Assembly (NCBI GenBank): GCA_045589295.1
Contig: JAZNOU010000003.1
Location: 1 to 43,273 of the forward strand
Direction of reading: 5' to 3'
Source: Clostridia bacterium
GTDB lineage: Bacteria; Bacillota; Clostridia; RGIG6154
DNA length: 43,273 bases
Under the pieces are notes generated by a model. The model was not told where the DNA came from. It was given only the letters and a program-made list of their open reading frames with translations, and made no database searches. Position 1 is the first letter of the stretch. Each line of letters begins with the position of its first letter. This document shows, one piece after another, positions 12,213 through 23,352 of the stretch. The position numbers were made by a program, and so were the translations under genes.

Positions 12213-13219
12213 TTTTTATCTATATACTTTCTTACATCAATTGAGACAGCTAAAATAATAATTAAACCTTTAATAATATATTGCAAATATGGACTTACGC
12301 CTATAAAATTTAGTCCGTAATTTATAAACTGCAGAATCACTGTACCTATCAACACACCTGGTATTGTACCAACTCCACCAGCAAACGAAACACCACCGAC
12401 TACGCAAGCGGATATTGCATCAAGTTCATAATTTATACCGCTGTTACTAGTAGCTGAGCCCACACGCCCTGCCTCTAAAAATCCTGCAAGGCCATATAAA
12501 ATGCCAGAAATAATAAAAACTATTATTATGTTAGTTGAAATTTTAACACCTGACACTGCGGCAGCCTCAGGATTTCCGCCAATTGCAAACATATTTCTGC
12601 CAAGTATTGTCTTATTCCAAACAAACCACATTATTACGGATATTATTACTAAATAAATAATTAAATATGGAAGCTCAAATGCGCCAATTTTAAGAGCTCC
12701 TGTTACAAATTTTACATACCTTTCATCCAAGTTTGCAATGGGCTGTGCACCAAGCGGCGGACGATCTATATAAATACAAGATACACCATAAGCAATAAGT
12801 TGCGTGCCTAAAGTCACAATAAATGCATGTAATTTGAGTTTTGCAACACCAAAACCATTTATAAAACCAAATATTGCACCAATAATAATCGCTATCAACA
12901 ATGGTAAGAGCAATGGCAATTCAGGCAAATTAGCGTACATTCTTGATGCATAAGTAACTGATTGTAAAAGTGAGGCAGAAACTATAGCAGTAAGTCCTAA
13001 AATTCTGCCTGCTGATAAATCCGTCCCTTGTAAAACAATAAGTCCTGCTACACCTAATGCGAGTATTCCTCTTGTAGATGCCTGGCTTAAAATGTTGGTA
13101 ATATTTTTAAGCGAAATGAAAGTTGGATCTTTTATTATTACAATCAAAATTAATATTCCTAAAACTATATACAGTGAATAGTCAAGCAAAATCTTTGACA
13201 GTTTTTTATTTTTCAGCAA
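12209..13219 (-). CDS. mglC: Galactose/methyl-galactoside ABC transporter permease
   Basis: Multi-pass membrane protein; GTDLSAGR, GRNMFAIGGNPEAAAVSG, YELDAISACVVGGVSF.GG motifs. Confidence 0.9.
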   Translation of the reverse strand: MLKNKKLSKILLDYSLYIVLGILILIVIIKDPTFISLKNITNILSQASTRGILALGVAGLIVLQGTDLSAGRILGLTAIVSASLLQSVTYASRMYANLPELPLLLPLLIAIIIGAIFGFINGFGVAKLKLHAFIVTLGTQLIAYGVSCIYIDRPPLGAQPIANLDERYVKFVTGALKIGAFELPYLIIYLVIISVIMWFVWNKTILGRNMFAIGGNPEAAAVSGVKISTNIIIVFIISGILYGLAGFLEAGRVGSATSNSGINYELDAISACVVGGVSFAGGVGTIPGVLIGTVILQFINYGLNFIGVSPYLQYIIKGLIIILAVSIDVRKYIDKK

Positions 13220-13241
13220 TTAAATTCTTCCTTTCGCTCAG

Positions 13242-14750
13242 TTATACGTATTTCGCAGACAGCTGCAAAATTTTCTCTTGTGTCAAATTCTGTACAGGTT
13301 CTATTCCTGCTACCCTACCATTTGACATAACTAAAATTCTGTCACATATACCAAGCAGTTCGGGCATTTCAGAAGAAACCACAATTACACCTTTACCTCT
13401 ACTCGCCAATTCAATTATTAGCTGATATATCTCATATTTAGCACCTACATCAATCCCTCTGGTAGGCTCATCCAGCATAAAAATTTCCGGTTCGTTTAAC
13501 AACCATCTTCCTAATATTACTTTTTGCTGATTACCACCTGACAAATATCTTATTTTAGTTGCAGAAGACGGAGTTTTTACCCCAAATCTGTCAATTACCC
13601 ATTTAGACGCCTGCCCCGTCTTTTTATTATCAATAATACCCAAACGACTGTATTTTTTTATACTTGTGATAACCGAATTAAACGTAATATCAAGTCCGCC
13701 AAATATTCCATCTTTACGTCTTTCTTCGGTGATAAGTGCAAATCCGTTTCTTATTGCTTCACGCGGACTTTTATTTGTTACATGCTTACCATTAATTATG
13801 ATTTCTCCCTTGTATTTTGTGGCAATCCCAAAAATAGTTTCTAATAGTTCTGTACGTCTTGAACCAACTAAACCAGACACACCCAAAATTTCGCCTTTTT
13901 TTAATTCAAAACTAACCCCTTTAATTGATGGTGCATATTTACCTGTAAGATTTTTAACTTCCAGGACATTAAACGGAGAAACCTTATTCGTTTTTTTAGG
14001 ATACCTATTGGTAAGTTCTCTTCCTACCATTAATTTAATAATTCGATCTGTAGTCAACTCATTTGCTTCATATGTCGCTACCCATTTACCATCGCGCATT
14101 ATTGTTACTTGATCACATATTTCTAAAATTTCCTCCATTTTATGAGATATATATATAATGCCACAGCCATCACTTTTAAGTTTCTTTATAATTTTAAACA
14201 ACCTATTAACTTCTTCAGAAGCCAACGAAGATGTTGGTTCGTCTAGCACAACAATTTTAGCATCATATGACACAGCTTTTGCAATTTCAACCATCTGTCT
14301 GTCAGAAACAGAAAGATTTGCCATTTTCACACAGGGATCTATGTCTAATTCAAACTCTTTAAATATCTCTAAAGTTTTCTCTAAATACAAATTTTTATTT
14401 ACAATCCCAAGGTTGTTTGGATACCTACCTAACCAAATATTGTCCGCTACAGTCATTTGCAATACCTGATTTAATTCTTGGTGAACCATTGCCACTCCAC
14501 CATCTAATGCTTGTTTCGGCTTGTCAAACGCAACTTCCTTGCCGTTAAAAGTAATTATGCCACTATCCTTTTTATACACTCCAAACAAACATTTCATAAG
14601 CGTAGATTTCCCTGCTCCATTTTCACCCATTAGTGCATGAACGCTACCTTTTTTTATTTTAAGCTGTGCGTTGTCAAGAGCCTTTACTCCAGGAAATTCC
14701 TTGCTTATATTATTCATTTCTAATAAAAATGTTTGTTCTGTCATAGTCAT
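13242..14750 (-). CDS. mglA: Galactose/methyl-galactoside ABC transporter ATP-binding protein (two ABC domains)
   Basis: Walker [40 protein letters not shown]; ATG overlaps the upstream stop (TAATG). Confidence 0.92.
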   Translation of the reverse strand: MTMTEQTFLLEMNNISKEFPGVKALDNAQLKIKKGSVHALMGENGAGKSTLMKCLFGVYKKDSGIITFNGKEVAFDKPKQALDGGVAMVHQELNQVLQMTVADNIWLGRYPNNLGIVNKNLYLEKTLEIFKEFELDIDPCVKMANLSVSDRQMVEIAKAVSYDAKIVVLDEPTSSLASEEVNRLFKIIKKLKSDGCGIIYISHKMEEILEICDQVTIMRDGKWVATYEANELTTDRIIKLMVGRELTNRYPKKTNKVSPFNVLEVKNLTGKYAPSIKGVSFELKKGEILGVSGLVGSRRTELLETIFGIATKYKGEIIINGKHVTNKSPREAIRNGFALITEERRKDGIFGGLDITFNSVITSIKKYSRLGIIDNKKTGQASKWVIDRFGVKTPSSATKIRYLSGGNQQKVILGRWLLNEPEIFMLDEPTRGIDVGAKYEIYQLIIELASRGKGVIVVSSEMPELLGICDRILVMSNGRVAGIEPVQNLTQEKILQLSAKYV

Positions 14751-15751
14751 TATTTTTCTCCATTATACGCCTGATAAGGTATTCTTACAGACACCCCGCT
14801 GTCGTCATATTTATACTCAGTTCCATCAATAAAATCATACCCTTGTGCAACATTTGAACCAATTGTATAAAGAGCTTCAGCCATTGCTTTACCATCTTGA
14901 AGAACAGTTCCTGTCATATAACCTTTAGAAATAAAATCCTTGGCTGCATCTGTTGCGTCAACACCAATAACCGGAACAAATTTTTCTTTGTTGTCCTTAT
15001 TGTATCCGGCAGCTTGAAGTGCGGCAATTGCCCCTTGAGCCATACCATCATTATTTGCAATCACAAACTCAATCTTATCGCCAAATTTTGAAATCCACGC
15101 CTCCATAGCACGACTTGCAAGTTCTGTGTCCCAATTACAAACCTGAAGTCCTAATTGTTCTGTTTCGATACCATTTGAATTAACTGTTTTTACAGACCAC
15201 TCTGTTCTTGCAACTGCTTCCGGATTATCAGGTTCACCTTTTAACATAACATACTGCAATATACCATCTTTGTTTTTATCACAATCTTTATTTTTCCATG
15301 TTTGAGTTATAATATCTCCTTGTATTACACCTGCATCCTTTGCATTTGTACCAACAAACCGCGCTTTATTATATGATTTTAAAACTGATTCTGCAGGTTC
15401 TCTATTGAAAAATATTATTGGAATATCTGCAGATTTTGCCTTGTTTACGATGGTTTGTGCTGCACCAACATCTACAACATTCACTAAAAGTGCATCAACC
15501 TTTTTCTCAATCAAAAGGTCAATCTGATCATTTTGAGTTCCTTGATCACCCTTACCATCGTTTAAAAGCAACTTAACCTTACCATCAGCCGCCCTTTCTA
15601 GTGCCTGTCGCACAGTTGAAATATACGTATCATCATACTTATAAAAACAAACCCCAAGCGTTGGAAGATTATTATCCATCATATTTTCTTCCCCGCATGA
15701 TGTAAACAACAAAACAAAAATTAGTAAAATTATTGAAAACATTTTTTTCAT
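14750..15751 (-). CDS. mglB: Galactose/glucose-binding lipoprotein
   Basis: Start placed at the ATG at 15751 after AAAGGAG. Signal peptide with lipobox FTSC; YKYDD, FFNREP, Ca-binding DKNKDG, ANNDGMA, GVDA, GTVLQD. Confidence 0.9.
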   Translation of the reverse strand: MKKMFSIILLIFVLLFTSCGEENMMDNNLPTLGVCFYKYDDTYISTVRQALERAADGKVKLLLNDGKGDQGTQNDQIDLLIEKKVDALLVNVVDVGAAQTIVNKAKSADIPIIFFNREPAESVLKSYNKARFVGTNAKDAGVIQGDIITQTWKNKDCDKNKDGILQYVMLKGEPDNPEAVARTEWSVKTVNSNGIETEQLGLQVCNWDTELASRAMEAWISKFGDKIEFVIANNDGMAQGAIAALQAAGYNKDNKEKFVPVIGVDATDAAKDFISKGYMTGTVLQDGKAMAEALYTIGSNVAQGYDFIDGTEYKYDDSGVSVRIPYQAYNGEK

Positions 15752-15801
15752 ATCGTTCACTCCTTTTATATATATTATTATTTCAAAAAAATTTTTTATA
15801 C

Positions 15802-15832
15802 AAAAAAACACAGCGAAATTATCGCTGTGTTT
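15802..15832 (-). terminator. Intrinsic terminator of the purine operon
   Basis: AAACACAGCGA / TCGCTGTGTTT stem followed by a U-run on the minus strand, 10 nt after the purL stop. Confidence 0.8.
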
Positions 15833-15842
15833 AAATTTATAC

Positions 15843-18800
15843 TTACTTAAAGTACTTAACTGCAGAATCAAAGATTCCCATATCGTAATTGCCTTCAACG
15901 TTTTTATAAAGCCCATAACCAATTCTCTCTGAATGTCCCATCTTACCAAATACTCTGCCATCTGGCGATGTAATACCTTCAATAGCAAAATCAGAATTGT
16001 TAGGATTGAAATGAATATCGCTTGTTGGATTTCCATTGAGATCTACGTACTGTGTAGCAATCTGACCATTTTGCGCAAGTTTCTTAATCAACTCACTGTC
16101 AGCAATAAATCTACCTTCACCATGAGAAATTGCAACATTATACACATCACCAACATTAGTATTCATAAGCCATGGTGACTTATTAGACGCAATTCTTGTT
16201 CTTACAATTCTTGACTGATGGCGGCTGATAGTATTATAAGTAAGTGTTGGGCAATTTTCATCAGTATCAATAATTTCACCATATGGAACAAGTCCAAGTT
16301 TAATTATTGCTTGGAATCCGTTACAGATACCGCACATCAAGCCATCACGATTCTTAAGAAGGTTATTAACCGCATCTTTAATCTCGCCATTTCTGAAGAA
16401 TGCAGTAATAAATTTACCTGAACCATCAGGTTCATCACCGCCTGAGAAACCACCAGGAATAAAGATAATCTGTGACTGTTTAATCTTTTCTGCAAAAGAT
16501 TTAACTGATTCTTTAATATTGTCAGATGACAAATTGTTAATTACAAAAATTTCAGTTTCTGCACCTGCATCAAGTAAAACTTTCTGTGTATCAAATTCGC
16601 AGTTTGTTCCAGGGAATACCGGTATCAACACTTTTGGTTTTGCAAAAGAAGTTTTAGCTTTGAAATTATTGCTACCAACATAATCAAGTTTTGGAATTTC
16701 TTTGTTGTCAGTCTTGATATTGCATTTGAAAATTGGCTCAAGTTTATTTTCATAACTTGTGAGCAATTTATTCAAATCAATTTTTTCATTTTTATAAGAA
16801 ATAGCAAATTCTTCAGTTGTCTGACCAATCACCTGTCCAATATTTACATCGGCAGTTGTTTCTAAAATGAATGCACCATAATTGTACTTAAACATTTCTT
16901 CAACAGTTATATCGTCTGAATATGCAAAACCGATGCTGTTACCAAATGACATTTTCATAATTGCTTCAGCAACACCACCGTATGCAGGAGTATATGCTGC
17001 AACAACTTTTTTATCAGCAATAAGTTTATTTACTGTATCAAATAATTTTTTCTGTGATTTAACATCAGGAAGATTTTCATTTGTATACTCAGGTTTAACC
17101 AAAAGAACCTTATTACCTACTTTTTTGAATTCAGGTGAAATAATATTATCAACATTCTCTGTTGTAACTGCAAAAGAAACAAGTGTTGGGGGAACATCAA
17201 CATTTTCAAAGCTACCGCTCATTGAGTCTTTACCGCCAATTGCAGCAATTTCGTAGTCTTTTTGTGCCATAAATGCACCTAAAAGAGCTGAAAGTGGTTT
17301 ACCCCAACGTTTGCCATCTTTTAATGGTTTTTCAAAGTATTCCTGGAATGTAAGGTAAACATCTTCAAACTTACTACCTGCAGCAATAAGTTTTGAAACA
17401 GATTCAACAACAGCTAAATATGCACCATGATATGGACTCTTTTCAGAAACAAACGGATTATATCCATATGCCATTACTGAACATGTATTTGTATGTTTTG
17501 TTTCTACAGAAACTTTATTTACCATTGCCTGAATTGGTGTAAGCTGATTTTTACCACCAAATGGCATTAATACTGTACCTGCACCGATTGTTGAGTCAAA
17601 TCTTTCTGAAAGGCCACGTTTAGAGCAAATATTAAGGTCTTCAGCTAATTCTGTATAAGCTTTAACAAAATCGTTTTCTGCAGGTTTATTATAATCAACT
17701 GTGTTATTAGGTGTAATGTCAATATGCTTTTCAGCACCATTTGAATTTAAAAATTCTCTCGAAATATTAACAATTTCTACATCATTCCAAGTCATCACCA
17801 ATCTTGGGTCTGCTTGAACAACAGCAACAACAGTCGCCTCTAAATTTTCACTATTTGCAAGTTTAATAAACTTTTCAACGTTTTCTGCTTCTACAACAAC
17901 AGCCATACGTTCTTGAGATTCACTTATAGCAAGTTCAGTACCATCAAGACCATCATATTTTTTCGGAACTGCATTAAGGTCAATTCTAATACCATCAGCA
18001 AGTTCACCAATAGCAACAGAAACACCGCCTGCACCAAAGTCATTACAACGTTTGATTAAAAGTGAAGCTTCCTTATTTCTAAACAAGCGCTGAAGTTTAC
18101 GTTCTTCAGGAGCATTACCCTTTTGAACTTCTGCGCCACAGCTTTCCAAAGATGCAAGAGTATGTGATTTTGATGAACCTGTTGCACCACCGCAACCATC
18201 TCTACCTGTTCTACCGCCAAGAAGAATGATTATATCGCCATCTTCAGGACGTTCACGTCTTACGTTTTCTGCAGGAGCAGCAGCAACAACAGCACCGATT
18301 TCAAGTCTTTTTGCAACATAACCATCATGATAAATTTCATCAACAAGACCGGTTGCAAGACCAATCTGATTACCATATGAACTGTAACCATTTGCAGCAG
18401 TAGTTACAATCTTACGCTGAGGCAATTTACCTTCCATTGTCTCATTAACCGGAAGAAGTGGGTTTGCAGCACCGGTAACACGCATTGCAGAATAAACATA
18501 ACTTCTGCCTGAAAGTGGGTCACGGATTGCACCACCGATACATGTAGCCGCGCCACCAAATGGTTCAATTTCTGTAGGATGGTTGTGAGTTTCGTTTTTG
18601 AATAATAACAACCATTCTTCATCTTTACCATCAACATCAACTGTCATTTTAACAGTACATGCATTGATTTCTTCAGATTCATCAAGTTTTTCAAGTTTTC
18701 CGTTTTTCTTAAGATGTTTTGCAGCAAGTGTAGCAATATCCATAAGATTTATTGGTTTTGTTCTGCCGAGTTCTTTTCTTGTAGCAATATATTCATCATA

Positions 18801-19529
18801 TGCTTTCTGAAGTATTTCATCTTCAAATTTTGCGCTGTCAATTGTTGTTAAGAATGTAGTATGACGGCAATGATCTGACCAATATGTATCAATCATTTTG
18901 ATTTCAGTAATATATGGATCTCTGTTTTCTGATTTAAAGTAATTCTGGCAGAATTTAATATCATCAAAATCCATTGCAAGCCCCTGCTCATTCATAAATG
19001 CCAATAATCCGTCATCATCAAGAGCACAAAAGCCTTCCAAAAGTTTAACGCTTGTAGGAATTTCATAATTTGTTACAAGTGTTTCAGGCAATTCAAGTGA
19101 TGCTTCTCTTGCTTCAACAGGGTTAATTACATATTTTTTAATCTGTGTTAAATCCTCATCTGACAAATTGCCTGAAAGCAAATAAACTTTTGCAGATTTA
19201 ACAATTGGTTTTTCAACCTGAGAAATAAGTTGAATACATTGTGCAGCAGAATCAGCTCTCTGATCGAACTGACCAGGTAAAAATTCTACAGCAAAAACAA
19301 CATCTGCTTTATCATAATCATCAGTAACAATATCAAGTTGTGGCTCTGAAAAAACAGTATTTTTGCAGTAGTTAAACAATTCTTCGTCAATGTTTTCAAC
19401 GTCATATCTGTTGAGAATTCTAAGATTGTCAAGTGATGAAATTTGAAGTAATTCTTTCAAATCATTTTTTAATGATTGTGCCTCATGCGCAAGACCATCT
19501 TTTTTTTCTACATAAATTCTATATACCAC
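15843..19529 (-). CDS. purL: Phosphoribosylformylglycinamidine synthase, single-chain clostridial type (synthetase plus glutaminase)
   Basis: DTYWSDHCRH, KNETHNHPTEIEPFGGAATC, GGKDSMSG; glutaminase motifs FPGTNCE, GICNGFQ and GKMGHSER. Confidence 0.97.
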   Translation of the reverse strand: MVYRIYVEKKDGLAHEAQSLKNDLKELLQISSLDNLRILNRYDVENIDEELFNYCKNTVFSEPQLDIVTDDYDKADVVFAVEFLPGQFDQRADSAAQCIQLISQVEKPIVKSAKVYLLSGNLSDEDLTQIKKYVINPVEAREASLELPETLVTNYEIPTSVKLLEGFCALDDDGLLAFMNEQGLAMDFDDIKFCQNYFKSENRDPYITEIKMIDTYWSDHCRHTTFLTTIDSAKFEDEILQKAYDEYIATRKELGRTKPINLMDIATLAAKHLKKNGKLEKLDESEEINACTVKMTVDVDGKDEEWLLLFKNETHNHPTEIEPFGGAATCIGGAIRDPLSGRSYVYSAMRVTGAANPLLPVNETMEGKLPQRKIVTTAANGYSSYGNQIGLATGLVDEIYHDGYVAKRLEIGAVVAAAPAENVRRERPEDGDIIILLGGRTGRDGCGGATGSSKSHTLASLESCGAEVQKGNAPEERKLQRLFRNKEASLLIKRCNDFGAGGVSVAIGELADGIRIDLNAVPKKYDGLDGTELAISESQERMAVVVEAENVEKFIKLANSENLEATVVAVVQADPRLVMTWNDVEIVNISREFLNSNGAEKHIDITPNNTVDYNKPAENDFVKAYTELAEDLNICSKRGLSERFDSTIGAGTVLMPFGGKNQLTPIQAMVNKVSVETKHTNTCSVMAYGYNPFVSEKSPYHGAYLAVVESVSKLIAAGSKFEDVYLTFQEYFEKPLKDGKRWGKPLSALLGAFMAQKDYEIAAIGGKDSMSGSFENVDVPPTLVSFAVTTENVDNIISPEFKKVGNKVLLVKPEYTNENLPDVKSQKKLFDTVNKLIADKKVVAAYTPAYGGVAEAIMKMSFGNSIGFAYSDDITVEEMFKYNYGAFILETTADVNIGQVIGQTTEEFAISYKNEKIDLNKLLTSYENKLEPIFKCNIKTDNKEIPKLDYVGSNNFKAKTSFAKPKVLIPVFPGTNCEFDTQKVLLDAGAETEIFVINNLSSDNIKESVKSFAEKIKQSQIIFIPGGFSGGDEPDGSGKFITAFFRNGEIKDAVNNLLKNRDGLMCGICNGFQAIIKLGLVPYGEIIDTDENCPTLTYNTISRHQSRIVRTRIASNKSPWLMNTNVGDVYNVAISHGEGRFIADSELIKKLAQNGQIATQYVDLNGNPTSDIHFNPNNSDFAIEGITSPDGRVFGKMGHSERIGYGLYKNVEGNYDMGIFDSAVKYFK

Positions 19530-19550
19530 AAAGGGTTCCTCCTTATAATG

Positions 19551-20807
19551 TTATAACGCTTTCAAAGCCTTTTGGCCTATATCTCTTCTATAAAATGCAT
19601 TTTCAAACTTGACGTTATCAACTTTTGCGTAAGCATTTTCTATAGCACTTTCAAGTGTATCTCCAACAGCACTGACACCTAAAACTCTTCCTCCGGCTGT
19701 TAAAACTTTACCGTCTTCAAGTTTTGCGCCCGCAACATAAATCATATCATCATCAGGCATTGAAATTTCAAACCCTGTATCATATTTTTGCGGATAACCG
19801 TTTGATGCCATTACAACACAACAAGCACATTTATCAGAAAACTTAACATCAGCTTTATCCAAAGTTCCGTTTGATGTGCTTATCAAAATATCAAGCAAAT
19901 CACTTTCCAAAAGCGGAAGTACAACCTGGGTTTCAGGATCACCGAAACGACAGTTGTATTCAATCACCTTAGGTCCTTTCGGAGTAAGCATTAACCCAAA
20001 GTAAAGACATCCCTTAAAAGTTCTGCCCTCAGTTTCCATTGCTTTTAATGTTGGAATAAAAATCTTTTCCATACATTCTGAAGCAATTTTATCAGTATAA
20101 TACGGGTTAGGAGCAATAGTTCCCATTCCGCCGGTATTTAAACCCTCATCATTATCTTTTGCACGTTTGTGATCCATAGATGAAATCATCGGAACAAGTG
20201 TTTTTCCGTCTGTAAATGCTAAAACTGAAACTTCAGGACCGGTTAAAAATTCTTCAACAACAATGTTGTTACCGCTTTCACCAAAAACCTTGTCCTCCAT
20301 CATTGAAGTTACTGCATCTTTAGCTTCATCTAAAGTCTGTGCAATAATTACGCCTTTACCTAAAGCAAGACCATCTGCTTTTATAACAACCGGAATACTG
20401 CAAGTTTCCAAATACTTAAATGCATCTTCCTTATTGTCAAAAGTTGCATACTCAGCAGTTGGAATATTATATTTTTTCATAAGATTTTTTGAAAAAACTT
20501 TACTTCCTTCAATTATAGCAGCTTTTTTATCAGGTCCGAAACATGGTATGCCAATTTCATTTAATGCATCAACTACCCCTAAAACCAACGGATCATCTGG
20601 TGCAACAACAGCAAAATCAATATTTTCTTTGCTGGCAAATTCAACAATTTTTTCAATGTCTTTAGCACCTATATTTACACATATTGCATCTTTAGCAATT
20701 CCACCATTACCCGGGAGTGCAAATATTTCAGTAACATTTTTATTTTCCTTTATTTTTTTAATGATGGCATGTTCTCTTCCGCCGCCACCAACAACCATTA
20801 CCTTCAA
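19551..20807 (-). CDS. purD: Phosphoribosylamine-glycine ligase
   Basis: VVGGGGREHA, KADGLALGKGV, GLNTGGMG, EYNCRFGDPETQ. Start placed at the TTG at 20807 after AAAGGAGG. Confidence 0.97.
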   Translation of the reverse strand: MKVMVVGGGGREHAIIKKIKENKNVTEIFALPGNGGIAKDAICVNIGAKDIEKIVEFASKENIDFAVVAPDDPLVLGVVDALNEIGIPCFGPDKKAAIIEGSKVFSKNLMKKYNIPTAEYATFDNKEDAFKYLETCSIPVVIKADGLALGKGVIIAQTLDEAKDAVTSMMEDKVFGESGNNIVVEEFLTGPEVSVLAFTDGKTLVPMISSMDHKRAKDNDEGLNTGGMGTIAPNPYYTDKIASECMEKIFIPTLKAMETEGRTFKGCLYFGLMLTPKGPKVIEYNCRFGDPETQVVLPLLESDLLDILISTSNGTLDKADVKFSDKCACCVVMASNGYPQKYDTGFEISMPDDDMIYVAGAKLEDGKVLTAGGRVLGVSAVGDTLESAIENAYAKVDNVKFENAFYRRDIGQKALKAL

Positions 20808-20831
20808 AACGAAAGCCTCCTTTAACAAAAA

Positions 20832-22016
20832 TTAGTGATGGAATAATCTCATACCTGTAAATGCCATTGAAATTCCAAGTCTATCACATTCATCAATAAC
20901 AAGCTGATCTCTAATAGAACCACCAGGCTGAGCAATAAATGAAACGCCGCTTTTTGCAGCACGTTCAATGTTATCACCGAATGGGAAGAATGCATCACTA
21001 CCTAAAGCAACGCCTTTAATAGTAGCAAGATATGCTTTCTTTTCTTCTCTTGTAAGAGGTTCCGGTTTAACTGTAAACAAGTTTTCCCATGCACCATCTG
21101 CTAATAAATCTTCATAATCATCTGAAATGTAAATATCAATTGCATTATCTCTTTCAGGTCTTCCTACTGTTTCAATAAATGGAAGATTTAAAACTTTTTT
21201 GTGCTGACGAAGATGCCAGATATCGGCTTTATTACCTGCAAGTCTTGTACAATGAATTCTTGACTGCTGACCTGCACCTACACCAATAGCCTGTCCGTCT
21301 ACAGCATAGCAAACAGAGTTTGACTGAGTGTATTTAAGTGTAATAAGAGAAATGATTAAATCTCTAATAGCACTTTCAGGTAAATCTTTATTCTGTGTAA
21401 CAATATTGCCAAGTAATTCTTTGTCAATTTTAAAGTTATTTCTACCCTGTTCAAAAGTAATACCATATACCTGTTTTACTTCTTTTTCTTCAGGGATGTA
21501 GTTTGGATCTATCTTTACAATGTTATAGTTACCATTTCTTTTTGTTTTTAATATTTCCAAAGCTTCAGGATCGTAATCAGGAGCAATAACGCCATCAGAA
21601 ACCTCACGAGCAATAAGTTTTGCAGTTACCACGTCGCATTTATCACTAAGAGCAATCCAGTCACCAAATGATGACATTCTGTCTGTCCCTCTTGCTCTTG
21701 CATATGCAGTTGCAAGTGGCGACAAATCCAAATCTTCAATATCATCAACAAAGCAAGCTTTTTTTAAGTCATCACTCATTTTTATGCCAACTGCCGCAGA
21801 TGTAGGACTTACATGTTTAAATGATGTAGCAGCAGGCATTCCAAGTGCCTGTTTTAATTCTTTAACAAGCTGCCAGCTGTTAAAAGCATCTAAAAAATTG
21901 ATATATCCCGGTTTACCTGATAAAATTTCAATAGGTAATTCTTCACTATTTGACATATAAATCTTTGCCGGTTTCTGATTAGGATTACAGCCATACTTTA
22001 ATTCAAACTCTTTCAT
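20832..22016 (-). CDS. purH: AICAR transformylase (PurH C-terminal domain only, no N-terminal IMP cyclohydrolase domain)
   Basis: Begins at LKYGCNPNQ; SFKHVSP, KYTQSNSV, GAGQQSR, SDAFFPF, QPGGS.RD, MRLFHH; only 394 aa. Confidence 0.92.
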   Translation of the reverse strand: MKEFELKYGCNPNQKPAKIYMSNSEELPIEILSGKPGYINFLDAFNSWQLVKELKQALGMPAATSFKHVSPTSAAVGIKMSDDLKKACFVDDIEDLDLSPLATAYARARGTDRMSSFGDWIALSDKCDVVTAKLIAREVSDGVIAPDYDPEALEILKTKRNGNYNIVKIDPNYIPEEKEVKQVYGITFEQGRNNFKIDKELLGNIVTQNKDLPESAIRDLIISLITLKYTQSNSVCYAVDGQAIGVGAGQQSRIHCTRLAGNKADIWHLRQHKKVLNLPFIETVGRPERDNAIDIYISDDYEDLLADGAWENLFTVKPEPLTREEKKAYLATIKGVALGSDAFFPFGDNIERAAKSGVSFIAQPGGSIRDQLVIDECDRLGISMAFTGMRLFHH

Positions 22017-22027
22017 CGTAATAACTC

Positions 22028-22744
22028 CTATCTGTTTTTATTAATCATTCTGTTTTCGATGCTTCCATCTTCTAAATTGATATATCTTACATAAAGTGAA
22101 ATTTTATTATCTTCGTTAAGATTTTCCCACAATGTGTTTGTAAGTTCATCTATATCATCAGGAATTTCAACTCTTTCAGGTTCACCTGTAAATGTTGGAA
22201 TCGGGTTTCCGTCGTGATTATATGTATGAATAAAATGACCCAAGCCATCAACTGTTTCATATGAGAAAGTATATCTGTTGCATTTTTCACCTAATCCGTC
22301 TGAACTCTTTAAAATGCTCATCTTATATGAAAATTCATTATCAAAATTAAGAATTGCACTGATTCTTGGAGTCAAATTAGGAGCATCAGGCTCAAATTTT
22401 CTTGTTTCTAAAGCCTGTTCAAATGTCTTACCCTCTTTGATAAAATCGTAAATTGTATCAGTCTGGTCGCCATTTGTTGCAATAAGACTGTTGTTTATTT
22501 CTCTGATTGGAGAATAAATAATAAGTGATGGATCTTCAACCTTAGAAGCATCAAAAGGATAGATTGTAACATCATTACCTTCTTCAAGAAAAACTCTGTT
22601 TCTGCTGTTTTCACTTCTACCCATTATAAAATAAGCAACTACTGCGTATTTAGCATTTTTGCTCTTACCAACAACAATGCCTCTTCCGACATATGAATTA
22701 TCTTTAATCAATTCACCAATATTATTGATATCATAAATTCCCAT
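22028..22744 (-). CDS. IMP cyclohydrolase, archaeal PurO-like family
   Basis: YVGRGIV, YFIMGRSENSRNR, TNGDQTD, FEPDAPNLTPRIS motifs; sits between purN and the monofunctional purH. Confidence 0.88.
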   Translation of the reverse strand: MGIYDINNIGELIKDNSYVGRGIVVGKSKNAKYAVVAYFIMGRSENSRNRVFLEEGNDVTIYPFDASKVEDPSLIIYSPIREINNSLIATNGDQTDTIYDFIKEGKTFEQALETRKFEPDAPNLTPRISAILNFDNEFSYKMSILKSSDGLGEKCNRYTFSYETVDGLGHFIHTYNHDGNPIPTFTGEPERVEIPDDIDELTNTLWENLNEDNKISLYVRYINLEDGSIENRMINKNR

Positions 22745-22746
22745 AT

Positions 22747-23352
22747 TTATTTACCTTCCTTTATCATTTTTGAAACAATCTCACACGCTTTAGGAAGAAT
22801 TATCCATTCAGCCTGTTCCATAACTCTCTTCTGAAGCATTTCTGGTGTGTCTTCATCTTGAATCTCAACACTTTTTTGCAATATAATTTTTCCACCATCA
22901 GGAATCTCATTAACAAAATGCACAGTAGCACCTGTTACTTTAACACCATATTCCAAAGCTGCTTCATGAACCTTAAGTCCATAAAAACCTTTACCGCAGA
23001 AAGATGGAATAAGTGATGGGTGAACATTAATTATTCTATCTGCGTATTTTTTTGTGAAATTTTCGCTCAAAATACACATAAATCCTGCAAGAACAATAAA
23101 ATCAATTTTATAGTTATTCAGAACATTTATAATGCCTTCTTCAAATTCCTGCTGTGAAGAACACTCTTTTTTATTTACAACTTCAGCAGCGATTCCGTTG
23201 TCTTTTGCACGTGTTAATGCATATGCATCAGGATTACTTGCAATAACCACTTCAATTTTTCCGCTTTTAATTATTTGCGAATTTTGTGCATCAATCAATG
23301 CCTGCAAATTAGTTCCGCCACCCGAAACCAAGACTGCTATTTTGGTCAGCAT
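22747..23352 (-). CDS. purN: Phosphoribosylglycinamide formyltransferase
   Basis: [30 protein letters not shown]...D.G.II.Q. Confidence 0.97.
   Translation of the reverse strand: MLTKIAVLVSGGGTNLQALIDAQNSQIIKSGKIEVVIASNPDAYALTRAKDNGIAAEVVNKKECSSQQEFEEGIINVLNNYKIDFIVLAGFMCILSENFTKKYADRIINVHPSLIPSFCGKGFYGLKVHEAALEYGVKVTGATVHFVNEIPDGGKIILQKSVEIQDEDTPEMLQKRVMEQAEWIILPKACEIVSKMIKEGK

Noticed and set aside
15752-16036. 95-aa N-terminal extension of mglB in the ORF track
   Set aside because: Overlaps the purL 3' end and its terminator; the SD, signal peptide and lipobox point to the ATG at 15751.
20263-20835. 190-aa plus-strand ORF, and the many similar antisense ORFs across the core region
   Set aside because: Almost entirely antisense to purD; the S/P/F/I-rich composition is typical of shadow frames of real genes.
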